In this document: positions 54,852 through 63,421 of the stretch, piece after piece
Numbering within the stretch: position 1 is the stretch's first letter
Layout: every line of letters begins with the position of its first letter
Source: a virus
Lineage: Duplodnaviria > Caudoviricetes
Length of the DNA: 64,000 nt
Strand: one strand, 5' to 3'
Virus record (IMG/VR): IMGVR_UViG_3300022719_000071
Coordinates: 224,001 to 288,000 of that record
Notes under the pieces: generated by a model
Databases searched by the model: none
What the model was told of the DNA's origin: nothing
What the model saw: only the letters and a program-made list of their open reading frames with translations
Position numbers and translations under genes: made by a program

Positions 54852-54947
54852 CTATTATACTGATTTGCATTCACTCATTTATTTGGGTTCGACTCCTCGG
54901 GGGGCGTACCACTTGACTGAAGCAATGGAAAAACATATCTTCACGAT

Positions 54948-55199
54948 ATGATAGTCATCAAAATAGAACTGTGGCCTTTAGGATTTGAGTCCCGCAAAAA
55001 GGAACTTGGTCGCATGCACATCATCAACAAGGGCAGTGGGTCACTGATTCGTGGTGACTATAGTGTCAAGGTGATGAGGCGTGGCACCAAAGATAAGGTT
55101 CAGCGAACTGGTGAGGTTACCAGCTATCCTCGTGAATCCTATAGCGTATGGCGTCTTGTCATGCGTGCTTTGAAATCAGCATTCCCGGAAGAGAAATGA
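54948..55199 (+). CDS. Hypothetical protein
   Basis: MIVIKIELWP...GDY, a recurring small phage protein pattern. Confidence 0.6.
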   Translation: MIVIKIELWPLGFESRKKELGRMHIINKGSGSLIRGDYSVKVMRRGTKDKVQRTGEVTSYPRESYSVWRLVMRALKSAFPEEK

Positions 55200-55513
55200 G
55201 CAAAGAAATAACCCGAGTAGAACTACCCGTAGGTAATTACCGGCTGAGTCGTGAAAGAGATGGTGCTGGAGATTCTGGTCTATTCTTGGAAGCGTTCGAT
55301 TGGGACAACCCAACCGCCGATCACGAGAAAAGAGTAATCGAGGTTGGAAAGGGTGTTCGTTGCGGATCGTTGTATACCAGAACGATGCAAGAACAGGATT
55401 GGTGGTTGACCACTGCTGTCAAGGAAATTTTGGAAGTTTCCGATGATGGGAAGATGGTCAAGTTCCTAACCGAAAGCCGAAACAACAGCACATATATCGT
55501 AACGGTAACCTAA
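55196..55513 (+). CDS. Hypothetical protein
   Basis: ATGA coupling; WLTTAVKEILE...FLTE..NSTY. Confidence 0.6.
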   Translation: MSKEITRVELPVGNYRLSRERDGAGDSGLFLEAFDWDNPTADHEKRVIEVGKGVRCGSLYTRTMQEQDWWLTTAVKEILEVSDDGKMVKFLTESRNNSTYIVTVT

Positions 55514-55701
55514 GATTTACGAGATCGACGAAAAGTACACTACCCAGACTTGTTCGAGTTGCGGAGTGATATCTGACAACAGTTCGAAAGGTAGAGCAGG
55601 TTTAGGAATAAGAGAATGGACCTGTTGTTGTGGAGCGTTGCACTGGCAGTGCTCTGGGCACTGGAGAACGGATACATTATTAACGTAGGAGGATAGACAT
55701 C

Positions 55702-55806
55702 ATGCCAGCACGTGTAGGACTCAAGCCCCGGCATCACGGTCGTCGCAAGAAGGGTTCTCGCAAGCGCCGTCGCAACAGCGCTGCCGCCCGCAAGCGGGGT
55801 CGTTAA
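55702..55806 (+). CDS. 34-aa protamine-like basic peptide
   Basis: AGGAGG RBS; MPARVGLKPRHHGRRKKGSRKRRRNSAAARKRGR. Confidence 0.6.
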   Translation: MPARVGLKPRHHGRRKKGSRKRRRNSAAARKRGR

Positions 55807-55972
55807 GCCAACCGAGATTTTACGAGTTCTCGTAGTAGAACGCATTCGGCTTCGAGGGCTCGTAATCTCCGATTCTCTTTTTCAAGTTCCTTTACTTTCC
55901 TATCGAGTGAATTCCGCTCCGATAAGCATTCCCTGAGTATAGCACCGATTCTTCGCAGACGTTCGTTTTTTG

Positions 55973-57505
55973 TCATTGCGTGTTGCTGCCTGGATCGAAC
56001 CCGGTAACGTGCATTAGGTCTTCCCCGTCAAATTGCGTTAACGGGTGATCTTCTATTGGTACACCATAACCCCCACGTGTACCTCTGCCGATCACGCTAG
56101 CGCTTGCGGTCAGAGGCTCTTCACGCATGCTCTGAAGAGCTTGTACTACGATCTTGTAGATCTTCTTCAAAAACTCCTGACGATATGCATCCGGATTGGT
56201 GGCGATGTGTGTAATTACCAGCATACGCAATACTACATCACGTATCTCTGGTGCACGCTTTTCGTAATCCGCATTTCCAATAGCACGAAACTCGATGTAA
56301 CCAGAAGGCAGTGTGGAAAAGTTGACGGAGTAGGACTTACCGTGTGGGTTGATTTTATCCAGTAGCTTGGTCATTCGTTGGAAGTCGCTTTGGTCAATAT
56401 GAACATGAGATATCAACTTTTGCGTGAACTTGACCAACACTCCAGTAGAATCTGATGATATCGTCTGTAGCTTGCCAGCACGATGAATGCGCTTCTTCAA
56501 TTCACGAAGAGTTGGCTCGGAGAACTCATTCATCTCACGACCGAACTTCTTCACGATGTGCTGGTCTCCGAGAAGAACCAGCATTTTCAGCGCATCAATT
56601 TGCTTGCCCTTGACTCCAATGTTGATGTGCAGTCCTGTATCCATTGTAGTAGCAACATTCAAACCTATGATCTTGCCATTCATGATTTGCAAGAAGTTCA
56701 TCAACTGGTCAACTCCCTCCTGAGCCTGGAAAATTGGAGAAATTGTTTCTACGCCAGCAGCACCGGATTTTGCAGTTTCATCAGCTAGAGATGCATCGTA
56801 TGTAACCGCCCAATTTTGATACTTTTGTGATAGTTCGTATGTTCTAGTTTCATCAGCAGTAGAAACCACATTGCCACTGACTTTTCCCTGAAGGTCTCTA
56901 GCAACCATGTGGTACAAAACATCTTGAGTAGCTATATTCATCGCAAGGTCATACTCCTCTTTCTCGAAGCCAACAGTAGACGTGGAAAACTCCAAATCGT
57001 TTAGCTTTCCGAACGGAGTAATCTCTTTCACATCACCATCATACACAATGTCCTCTAAAGCTTCTTCTTTGCGAGGATCAATGTTCAGGATTCTATCTTT
57101 AGGAAAAGCACGAAGCATTGCCATAAGCTGATGCATTCGATACTTCTCCTTCAAGGAATCCCAAATAGCAGCCGTAGACGTAAACGTTCCATCACCACCA
57201 GTCTCTTGTTCGTACAACTGAATTAGTCTTTCTTGAAGGATTTCGTGGTTGTCTTTTAGATTGTCGCTATCTACACTAAGAGGAACCCAAAAATGGAGCA
57301 GGTCTGAATAGGTTGTGTCACCGATTTTCCTAGTATGGTAATTTCCGTCCGGTGTTTGTCCCATGCCCTGAGTCAGATAGCTCTGAATAGCTTTCTGAGC
57401 CCCGATAAGGAAATACTCAGCCTCGAAGCCGAGTGTCATACCTGGGTCGTTTAGGGCTGCATTGATGAGCCTCTGACTGGCTTTTACGCCTTCGGTGATT
57501 TGCAT
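55973..57505 (-). CDS. Amidoligase_2 (COOH-NH2 ligase type 2) family protein, probably virion-packaged
   Basis: TLGFEAE, VTYDASL, GVETISP, TGLHINIG, KSYSVN and YIEFR motifs; TAAATA and GAGGA before MQITE|G. Confidence 0.75.
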   Translation of the reverse strand: MQITEGVKASQRLINAALNDPGMTLGFEAEYFLIGAQKAIQSYLTQGMGQTPDGNYHTRKIGDTTYSDLLHFWVPLSVDSDNLKDNHEILQERLIQLYEQETGGDGTFTSTAAIWDSLKEKYRMHQLMAMLRAFPKDRILNIDPRKEEALEDIVYDGDVKEITPFGKLNDLEFSTSTVGFEKEEYDLAMNIATQDVLYHMVARDLQGKVSGNVVSTADETRTYELSQKYQNWAVTYDASLADETAKSGAAGVETISPIFQAQEGVDQLMNFLQIMNGKIIGLNVATTMDTGLHINIGVKGKQIDALKMLVLLGDQHIVKKFGREMNEFSEPTLRELKKRIHRAGKLQTISSDSTGVLVKFTQKLISHVHIDQSDFQRMTKLLDKINPHGKSYSVNFSTLPSGYIEFRAIGNADYEKRAPEIRDVVLRMLVITHIATNPDAYRQEFLKKIYKIVVQALQSMREEPLTASASVIGRGTRGGYGVPIEDHPLTQFDGEDLMHVTGFDPGSNTQ

Positions 57506-57554
57506 GGGATATCCTCTTGACCTGTCAATATTTACTCCGTACATTGGAAGCACC

Positions 57555-57741
57555 ATGAAATACAAATTCAAGTCGGTCCTGGTTGTATCCCATTCGAAAG
57601 ATGAGGAAACCTACCCCACGAGGAATGGGCGCATCTAACCAACGCTCAAGTTCAAGAGCTATATCAAGAAACCTATGATCGATGGAACTTTGAGACTGGA
57701 ACGAAAGACGACCTTATCTTGATGAAGAGACTGGAGTATGA
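57555..57741 (+). pseudogene. Small ORF with a 1-nt deletion in a C run
   Basis: MKYKFKSVLVVSHSKDEETYP continues in the shifted frame as HEEWAHLTNAQVQELYQETYDRWNF. Confidence 0.4.
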
Positions 57742-57821
57742 GCTATATGGTCGTAACTACACGGTCGTTCAGCCAAAGCTTTGGCCGAAAAACTCAATGA
57801 GGAAGTCTTGAGGATGTTCAC

Positions 57822-58223
57822 ATGCCCAAAGAATTAATCTGGTCAGCAACCAAGAAAGACTTTCATGTGGACTGGTTCTCTGGAACTGGTGCCGGTGGCC
57901 AATATCGAAGTAAGCATCAGAACTGTTGTCGTATCACCCACATTGAATCCGGTCTGGTTGCTACCGGACAAGATCATCGTGACCGACCATCTAATCAAAG
58001 GGATGCATTCAACAAGCTGGCGGAAATGCTGGTTGATTACTATAAGCTACGTGACTCTAGGATACAAGTTGAGATTAGCAACGAAACTATTCGTACTTAC
58101 CATGAACCACGCAACGACGTGAAAGACCACGCTTCTAATCTTCGTCAAGAATACAAGTACGTGGTGGAAGCAGCAAATATTGGAGAGATGATCGAAGAAC
58201 GAATGAAGACTAGGGAGAAATAA
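57822..58223 (+). CDS. Minimal class I release-factor-like peptidyl-tRNA hydrolase (GGQ domain)
   Basis: FSGTGAGGQYRSKHQNCCRITH and IRTYHEPRNDVKDH; no codon-recognition domain. Confidence 0.85.
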   Translation: MPKELIWSATKKDFHVDWFSGTGAGGQYRSKHQNCCRITHIESGLVATGQDHRDRPSNQRDAFNKLAEMLVDYYKLRDSRIQVEISNETIRTYHEPRNDVKDHASNLRQEYKYVVEAANIGEMIEERMKTREK

Positions 58224-58252
58224 GAATCGGAGGCCGACGCTCAGTCTGAGCT

Positions 58253-58289
58253 AGAAGAAAGGGGGGGGGGCGTTACTCCCCTTTCTTCT
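58253..58289. terminator. Inverted repeat with a G10 run, probable terminator
   Basis: AGAAGAAAGGGG...CCCCTTTCTTCT. Confidence 0.5.
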
Positions 58290-58346
58290 TGAAAATACTC
58301 CAACACTCTGATATCCTTTGCTCTCGATAAGTGTTAAGGAGACATC

Positions 58347-58529
58347 ATGACCCTGAGTGAAAAGCCTGAGAAATATGTCATTCTGATGTACGACAAGGAG
58401 AGCAAGCGCCGAAAGAGGGTGGATGTTGCCGAGAGCGAGGATTCGGCTGCCTATCTCATGGCAGAGTACCAGCTTGCCTTTGGCAATGGCTCCGAGATTA
58501 CGTACCAGATTGCTCATCCACAGTCGTGA
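58347..58529 (+). CDS. Hypothetical protein
   Basis: AAGGAG RBS; LMAEYQLAFG motif. Confidence 0.6.
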   Translation: MTLSEKPEKYVILMYDKESKRRKRVDVAESEDSAAYLMAEYQLAFGNGSEITYQIAHPQS

Positions 58530-58556
58530 TCTGGTTCGCATTCTGAGAGAAAATGC

Positions 58557-58832
58557 TTGACTGATATAGCATCTGTTGGTACAATGGCATCATTCAATCG
58601 GAGACCACTCATGGCACTCGGAAACAAGACTGGCGTGACGACCGACGTGGACAGCATCACCAACAGCGCCGTGATGGCTTTGGATGCCGTGTTCCGTCGC
58701 AACAACATCCCGTTCGGTCACCGCCACGACGAGGCTCGTGAGATTCTGCGTGCCGTGGTCGCTTCAGTGGTTGCCGACGAGATTGCCGGTCAGGTAATCG
58801 AAGAGACCCGTGACGAGCGTGGTGTGGCATGA
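58557..58832 (+). CDS. Hypothetical protein
   Basis: GC-rich codon bias; start uncertain. Confidence 0.45.
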   Translation: MTDIASVGTMASFNRRPLMALGNKTGVTTDVDSITNSAVMALDAVFRRNNIPFGHRHDEAREILRAVVASVVADEIAGQVIEETRDERGVA

Positions 58833-58857
58833 TGATGCGTAGTCCATACACCAAAGG

Positions 58858-59091
58858 GTGAGGAATGATGATGAACGATTTCGTGGTTATCGCCGTGTAA
58901 ATCGTTCGGGTCGTTGGGATTGCAATGACCATGCGTTTGAAGCTCATGTAGATCCCATTGTGGACAACAAGCGTCCCGTGGACAAGGCTGTGCGTGAACT
59001 TATCGAGTGGGCAGACCGTCAGGCCAAAGAGAATGCGGACTGGCTGGAGAATGCTTACATTGGTGAGATGATCAAGGACGAACAACTTTAG
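58858..59091 (+). CDS. Hypothetical protein
   Basis: ORF track; start uncertain. Confidence 0.4.
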   Translation: MRNDDERFRGYRRVNRSGRWDCNDHAFEAHVDPIVDNKRPVDKAVRELIEWADRQAKENADWLENAYIGEMIKDEQL

Positions 59092-59602
59092 CGACGTGTC
59101 GCTTCCTGATGCACGTCTGCACTCCATCCTTTAGTGCGTCTTTAAAGTCAGGGTCAGCAAATGTAGTGAGAACACGAGCGTGCAACTTGACATTTCGTAA
59201 ATCCTGAGCACCAATCCAATCGGCTGACTCTACTTCATCGTGTGTGTCACCGTTAGCAGACGGAATGCACTCGAATTCTTGAGCCACGGTAAGAAGGAAA
59301 ATGTGATAGCCGCCCAATCCTCTTTTTGGTTCCTTTCCATAGACCGCCAAGGGATACAGGGACTTTTCGTCAATCCAAATACCACCTTCTTCTCCTAGCT
59401 CACGTCTAGCGCCTTGGCGAACATTCTCACCGTCATCCACACCGCCACCGAACCAATCGTGCTGTCCTGGGTCAGTGATGTTTGGCCCTCTTTTCTGAAG
59501 AAGAAATCGTCCCGTGGCTGGACAAAAGATGCAAACACCGGCACCTAGCTTCATGCCTTGCTTCTTCTCGGTAAGCGTGATAAATTCGTGGAGCTTGAGC
59601 AT
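59072..59602 (-). CDS. NUDIX hydrolase, probably virion-packaged
   Basis: Nudix box GGGVDDGENVRQGARRELGEEGG; TAAATA upstream on the minus strand; MLKLHE|FITLTE|K start. Confidence 0.88.
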   Translation of the reverse strand: MLKLHEFITLTEKKQGMKLGAGVCIFCPATGRFLLQKRGPNITDPGQHDWFGGGVDDGENVRQGARRELGEEGGIWIDEKSLYPLAVYGKEPKRGLGGYHIFLLTVAQEFECIPSANGDTHDEVESADWIGAQDLRNVKLHARVLTTFADPDFKDALKDGVQTCIRKRHVAKVVRP

Positions 59603-59629
59603 GTTAATATTTACTTAGGAGCAAAATTC

Positions 59630-59929
59630 ATGTATGCAGATAAGTATGTAAACCAGAGCGGGGATATTCCCGAGGAGCCCCATTACATGATTCTCAAGTT
59701 CGAAAGCGTTCACATCCCCGGTGATGAACGCTCCAGAACACATCCTGGTCATGGCTACCCGGCTCACGCAGAAAGTGTTGTCAAGTGCGAAGTCTATAAC
59801 ACCGTCTAAACACTACAAGTGGCTGTGAAAGAACTGGAATCGACCGCTGGTCTCCGCAATGACTATCGAGTATTTCGTGTCACCCCGTTGAAGGTTCAAA
59901 CGGAAATCATGGTGAACTTCACTGAGTAG
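59630..59929 (+). pseudogene. Phage hypothetical gene with an in-frame TAA at 59807
   Basis: IPGDERSRTHPGHGYP motif; the reading frame continues after the stop (TLQVAVKELE...) to TAG 59929. Confidence 0.55.
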
Positions 59930-59932
59930 ACC

Positions 59933-59963
59933 TTGACAATGAATTCGGTTGTGACTATAAATA
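59933..59963 (+). promoter_or_regulatory. Composite promoter TTGACA-N17-TATAAATA
   Basis: Directly precedes tRNA-Gly. Confidence 0.8.
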
Positions 59964-59971
59964 CAGGAGAA

Positions 59972-60047
59972 GCGGGTGTAGCTCAGTTGGTAGAGCATTT
60001 CGTTGCCAACGAAAATGTCAGGGGTTCGAGTCCCCTTACCCGCTCCA
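59972..60047 (+). tRNA. trnG: tRNA-Gly(GCC)
   Basis: TTTCG-TTGCCAA-CGAAA; CCA end. Confidence 0.92.
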
Positions 60048-60056
60048 ATCATTCTT

Positions 60057-60953
60057 ATGAATGATATTATTCCATCTCCACAAGCCGAGATTGTTCGAGA
60101 AATCAAATTCGCTACCGGACACTCCAACGTGTCCTTTGTTGGTGACTCCTACGTTCTAGCATTTGAGATAAAGCAAGCTAAGCTCATCAAGGGCTTGAGG
60201 ATGTGCAAAGATGCATTTTCTCTCGACTTCGAGTCCTTTGAAAACCTTCCCATCTCTTTCTTAGTTTCAATCGGTGATGCAGCCCATCAATACTGGACAG
60301 TGAATCGCAGATTGCATCGGGCCGGTGGTCGTCCATCTTACGTTGCTTACGATCCGAAGACCAATCGAGGAATCAGGCGTTGGCATTGGAATGGAATGTT
60401 GCATCGAACCAATGGACCAGCCAAGGAAATGATTACCGGATTCAAAGTAGAAACTGTTCTCCCAACTATGGACCATCATTACAAAGAATCATGGGACAGC
60501 ATGAATTACGAGTGGTGGACCGAGGGGATGTCAGCAAAGTACCCATATCCACAATGCTGCACCATATCGAATGGATGGAGAATAAAGAGGAAGTCTGATA
60601 AGAGACTTGACTCTCCCCGTGAGGATTTGGCATCATTCGGTATGTCCATGTTGGATATGCGGTGGGACATCAGTAATCACGAGGACACTGATACTATACT
60701 GCCAATGCATCTCGAAGCTGGAGATCTGGTTGAATGGTTTCGTGCTGATGAATACCTTGATCGGACTGCTGCCTTCGTTGATATCACATGGTCACGGGGA
60801 GGGAAGAAGCTAGGGGACTTATCACAGCTTAATGAAGTTGTGAGTGAAAGACTAATCAAAGACCTTGGACTATGGAATGCGCCGTTCTACAAGGATGAAG
60901 AAGTGGAGTTCCTAGTGCTATCCGAATATAACAGACTGGAAGTTGAAACATGA
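60057..60953 (+). CDS. LHRxxGPA-repeat protein
   Basis: RLHRAGGRPS and WNGMLHRTNGPA repeats. Confidence 0.65.
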   Translation: MNDIIPSPQAEIVREIKFATGHSNVSFVGDSYVLAFEIKQAKLIKGLRMCKDAFSLDFESFENLPISFLVSIGDAAHQYWTVNRRLHRAGGRPSYVAYDPKTNRGIRRWHWNGMLHRTNGPAKEMITGFKVETVLPTMDHHYKESWDSMNYEWWTEGMSAKYPYPQCCTISNGWRIKRKSDKRLDSPREDLASFGMSMLDMRWDISNHEDTDTILPMHLEAGDLVEWFRADEYLDRTAAFVDITWSRGGKKLGDLSQLNEVVSERLIKDLGLWNAPFYKDEEVEFLVLSEYNRLEVET

Positions 60954-61723
60954 TAAAAGATTGGATTGATATCATCAGAAGCGCAGACTACTTCAACCTT
61001 GTACCAAAGAACCAAAATATGATGCTTATCACCGACCCTCTGCACGGTGGAAGAGGCGCTGAAGGAGTAGGCACACTCGGAGTTGAAACAGAATACGATA
61101 AGGTGTTTTCTGTTGATAGTATCCCCGAGGAGTTCGAGGGGTTGCCACCCAAGTTCATTGCGATGACTAACGCACAGTCATTGGTAGACAACAACGATCT
61201 TCCGCATGCTGCCGATCCCGCTCCCGCACAGCGCTGTGGTAACGTAGCTTTTGTTTGGGGCACACCCACAAATCGATCTGAAATGACGAGAATCAATCGG
61301 ATTTTTTCGTTTGCAGACCGCATTTATCTTCATCGGGAGGATGGTTTCCCTGCTCTCATAGAAGCGGTTGGACTAGCCAAACATTACTATCACGGTAAGC
61401 TACACCGAAAGGGTCAGCATCCGGCAATCAAGGCTGACTATATTTTTGCTCACTGGTATTACAGTGGAAAGAACTTCCGCAACAATGGTCCAGCAGTGAT
61501 CTGCATCAAAGACTACAAAGAGTATTGGAACGATGGCGTTTTCATTGGCCATAAATGGAGTTCCATTAGTCCCTTCTGGAAATGCCGTGACTTGATAGGA
61601 CCAGCAGATGAGGATACCTTAAGTGTATTCTTGGAAAATATTAGAGGAAAGACAAACCTGTTCTCCAATACATACTTCACAGATCCGGAGGACGAGGTTG
61701 TATACATGACAGACTTTACATGA
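60950..61723 (+). CDS. LHRxxGPA-repeat protein
   Basis: LHREDGFPA, HGKLHRKGQHPA and FRNNGPAV repeats; C-terminal FTDPEDEVVY. Confidence 0.65.
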   Translation: MIKDWIDIIRSADYFNLVPKNQNMMLITDPLHGGRGAEGVGTLGVETEYDKVFSVDSIPEEFEGLPPKFIAMTNAQSLVDNNDLPHAADPAPAQRCGNVAFVWGTPTNRSEMTRINRIFSFADRIYLHREDGFPALIEAVGLAKHYYHGKLHRKGQHPAIKADYIFAHWYYSGKNFRNNGPAVICIKDYKEYWNDGVFIGHKWSSISPFWKCRDLIGPADEDTLSVFLENIRGKTNLFSNTYFTDPEDEVVYMTDFT

Positions 61724-62781
61724 TTTACTCCTACCAAGACATACGCAAGGTACACTTAGAACCATCGACACGGTGCAACGCCGCTTGTCCAATGTGCCCG
61801 AGGTATGTCGATGGTGGTGCTGGATTGAACCAGCACATGCCGCTAACAGAACTGACTCTGAAGGATGTCCAAACCATCTTCCCCAAGTATTTCATTTGGA
61901 GATTGGATGTATTATACTCCTGTGGCAACTTTGGTGATCCGGCAGCATGCCGTGAACTTCTGGACATTTATGATTACTTCCGTACTGAGAACCCGACATT
62001 CCGTCTTGGATTATACACCAATGCATCTTTACGAACCAAGAACTGGTGGGCAGACCTAGCACGAACCATCAAGCGTCGTTCAAATTCACACGGCTGGGTG
62101 ACATTCAGCATCGACGGTCTAGAAGACACCAATCATCTGTATAGAGTTGGTACCAACTGGCAGAAGATCATGGAAAACGCTCAGTCATACATCGATGCTG
62201 GTGGCTATGCGGAATGGGAATTCATCGTATTCCAACACAATGAGCATCAGGTAGAAGAAGCACGTAAGCTGGCACACGAGATGGGTTTCAGGGATTTCAT
62301 AGTCAAGAAAACTCATCGATTTCAGACTCCTGAAATTGCGGTACGAAATCGTAAGGGTGAAACCACACATCATATTTCACCACCATCAACCAAAGACTAT
62401 CAGCATAAGTCGGTCAAGCAAACTAGTCATGTTCCAGTACAAACAGAATCAGTACAGATTGACTGCAAGGTCAAACCGCAGGGCAACATATTCGTATCCG
62501 CCAGTGGTCATGTATTTCCTTGTTGTTATCTGGCTTCCAATTGGTGGACTACACAAGATGAAATGACACCCCTTATCAATTCTGCCGGTGGACCTGATAG
62601 GATTGATGCCAAAAAGTATTCCATACAGGAGATAGTCGAGGGTCCGTTGTTCAGGAGCATCGAACAATCTTGGTTTAAGTATGAAATAAAACCTTGCGGT
62701 CGTCTTGCCACATGCACACAGGTATGTGGTTTGAAGCACCGTGTGACCAGAGTGTCAGAACTGAACCATGACCAAATATGA
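61720..62781 (+). CDS. Radical SAM enzyme with SPASM/twitch domain
   Basis: CNAACPMC (CxxxCxxC), GNFGDP, YTNAS, SIDG and C-terminal VFPCC..C. Confidence 0.9.
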   Translation: MIYSYQDIRKVHLEPSTRCNAACPMCPRYVDGGAGLNQHMPLTELTLKDVQTIFPKYFIWRLDVLYSCGNFGDPAACRELLDIYDYFRTENPTFRLGLYTNASLRTKNWWADLARTIKRRSNSHGWVTFSIDGLEDTNHLYRVGTNWQKIMENAQSYIDAGGYAEWEFIVFQHNEHQVEEARKLAHEMGFRDFIVKKTHRFQTPEIAVRNRKGETTHHISPPSTKDYQHKSVKQTSHVPVQTESVQIDCKVKPQGNIFVSASGHVFPCCYLASNWWTTQDEMTPLINSAGGPDRIDAKKYSIQEIVEGPLFRSIEQSWFKYEIKPCGRLATCTQVCGLKHRVTRVSELNHDQI

Positions 62782-63421
62782 CTTGTTTAACCCCATGAAC
62801 AGAGAATGGAGAATACGAGTCTCTAGAGATGCCAACGATTGGGACACCAGACACATCGGTGTGGCCACTGTCGATGAAGCATTCACGGCAGACAGCAAGA
62901 CAGAGATCGAATACTATTGCGAGCATATCTCTTTCAATCCCCTAGTTGATAGTCCAGTTTATATCAAAGGCTGCATGGATTTCTTACAAACGATCATGGA
63001 TAACGATGAGACGTTTGTTGAACCAGAAAAGTGGAGAGTTCGGCAAGTTGATATGACCGAAGATTCAATTGTCCGCAGATTCGTGGGTGTCCCTCTTCCA
63101 TACTTCTGGAAACTGTGGCGTCGTCCTCTTGAACCAAAAAATATCCAATTCGACCCGGTGTTTGATGGTTCGACTATGCTTAGGTTCTCCTACTACGAAG
63201 ATAATGATCCATTAATGTCTATGAAATTCACAATGTACATCGATTGGATGAATCTATTTGATGATATCAAAAAGCATAAATGTTATCATCTCCAGACCAT
63301 AATGCCTTGGATTCATAAACATTGCCGTGGCAGGTTGTATCTGTATTCTGATTATGATACCATCTTTGAAGATCCCGAGGATGAAGCTACCTACATAGCA
63401 GATCTGGAACTATGCAAGTAA
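62768..63421 (+). CDS. Hypothetical protein (tandem paralog 1)
   Basis: RRFVGVPLPYFWKLWRRP...WIHKHCRGRLY...FEDPEDEATY. Confidence 0.65.
   Translation: MTKYDLFNPMNREWRIRVSRDANDWDTRHIGVATVDEAFTADSKTEIEYYCEHISFNPLVDSPVYIKGCMDFLQTIMDNDETFVEPEKWRVRQVDMTEDSIVRRFVGVPLPYFWKLWRRPLEPKNIQFDPVFDGSTMLRFSYYEDNDPLMSMKFTMYIDWMNLFDDIKKHKCYHLQTIMPWIHKHCRGRLYLYSDYDTIFEDPEDEATYIADLELCK

Noticed and set aside
58261-58270. G10 tract as a phase-variation switch
   Set aside because: Intergenic and embedded in a terminator-like inverted repeat; no ORF or promoter spacing visibly depends on it
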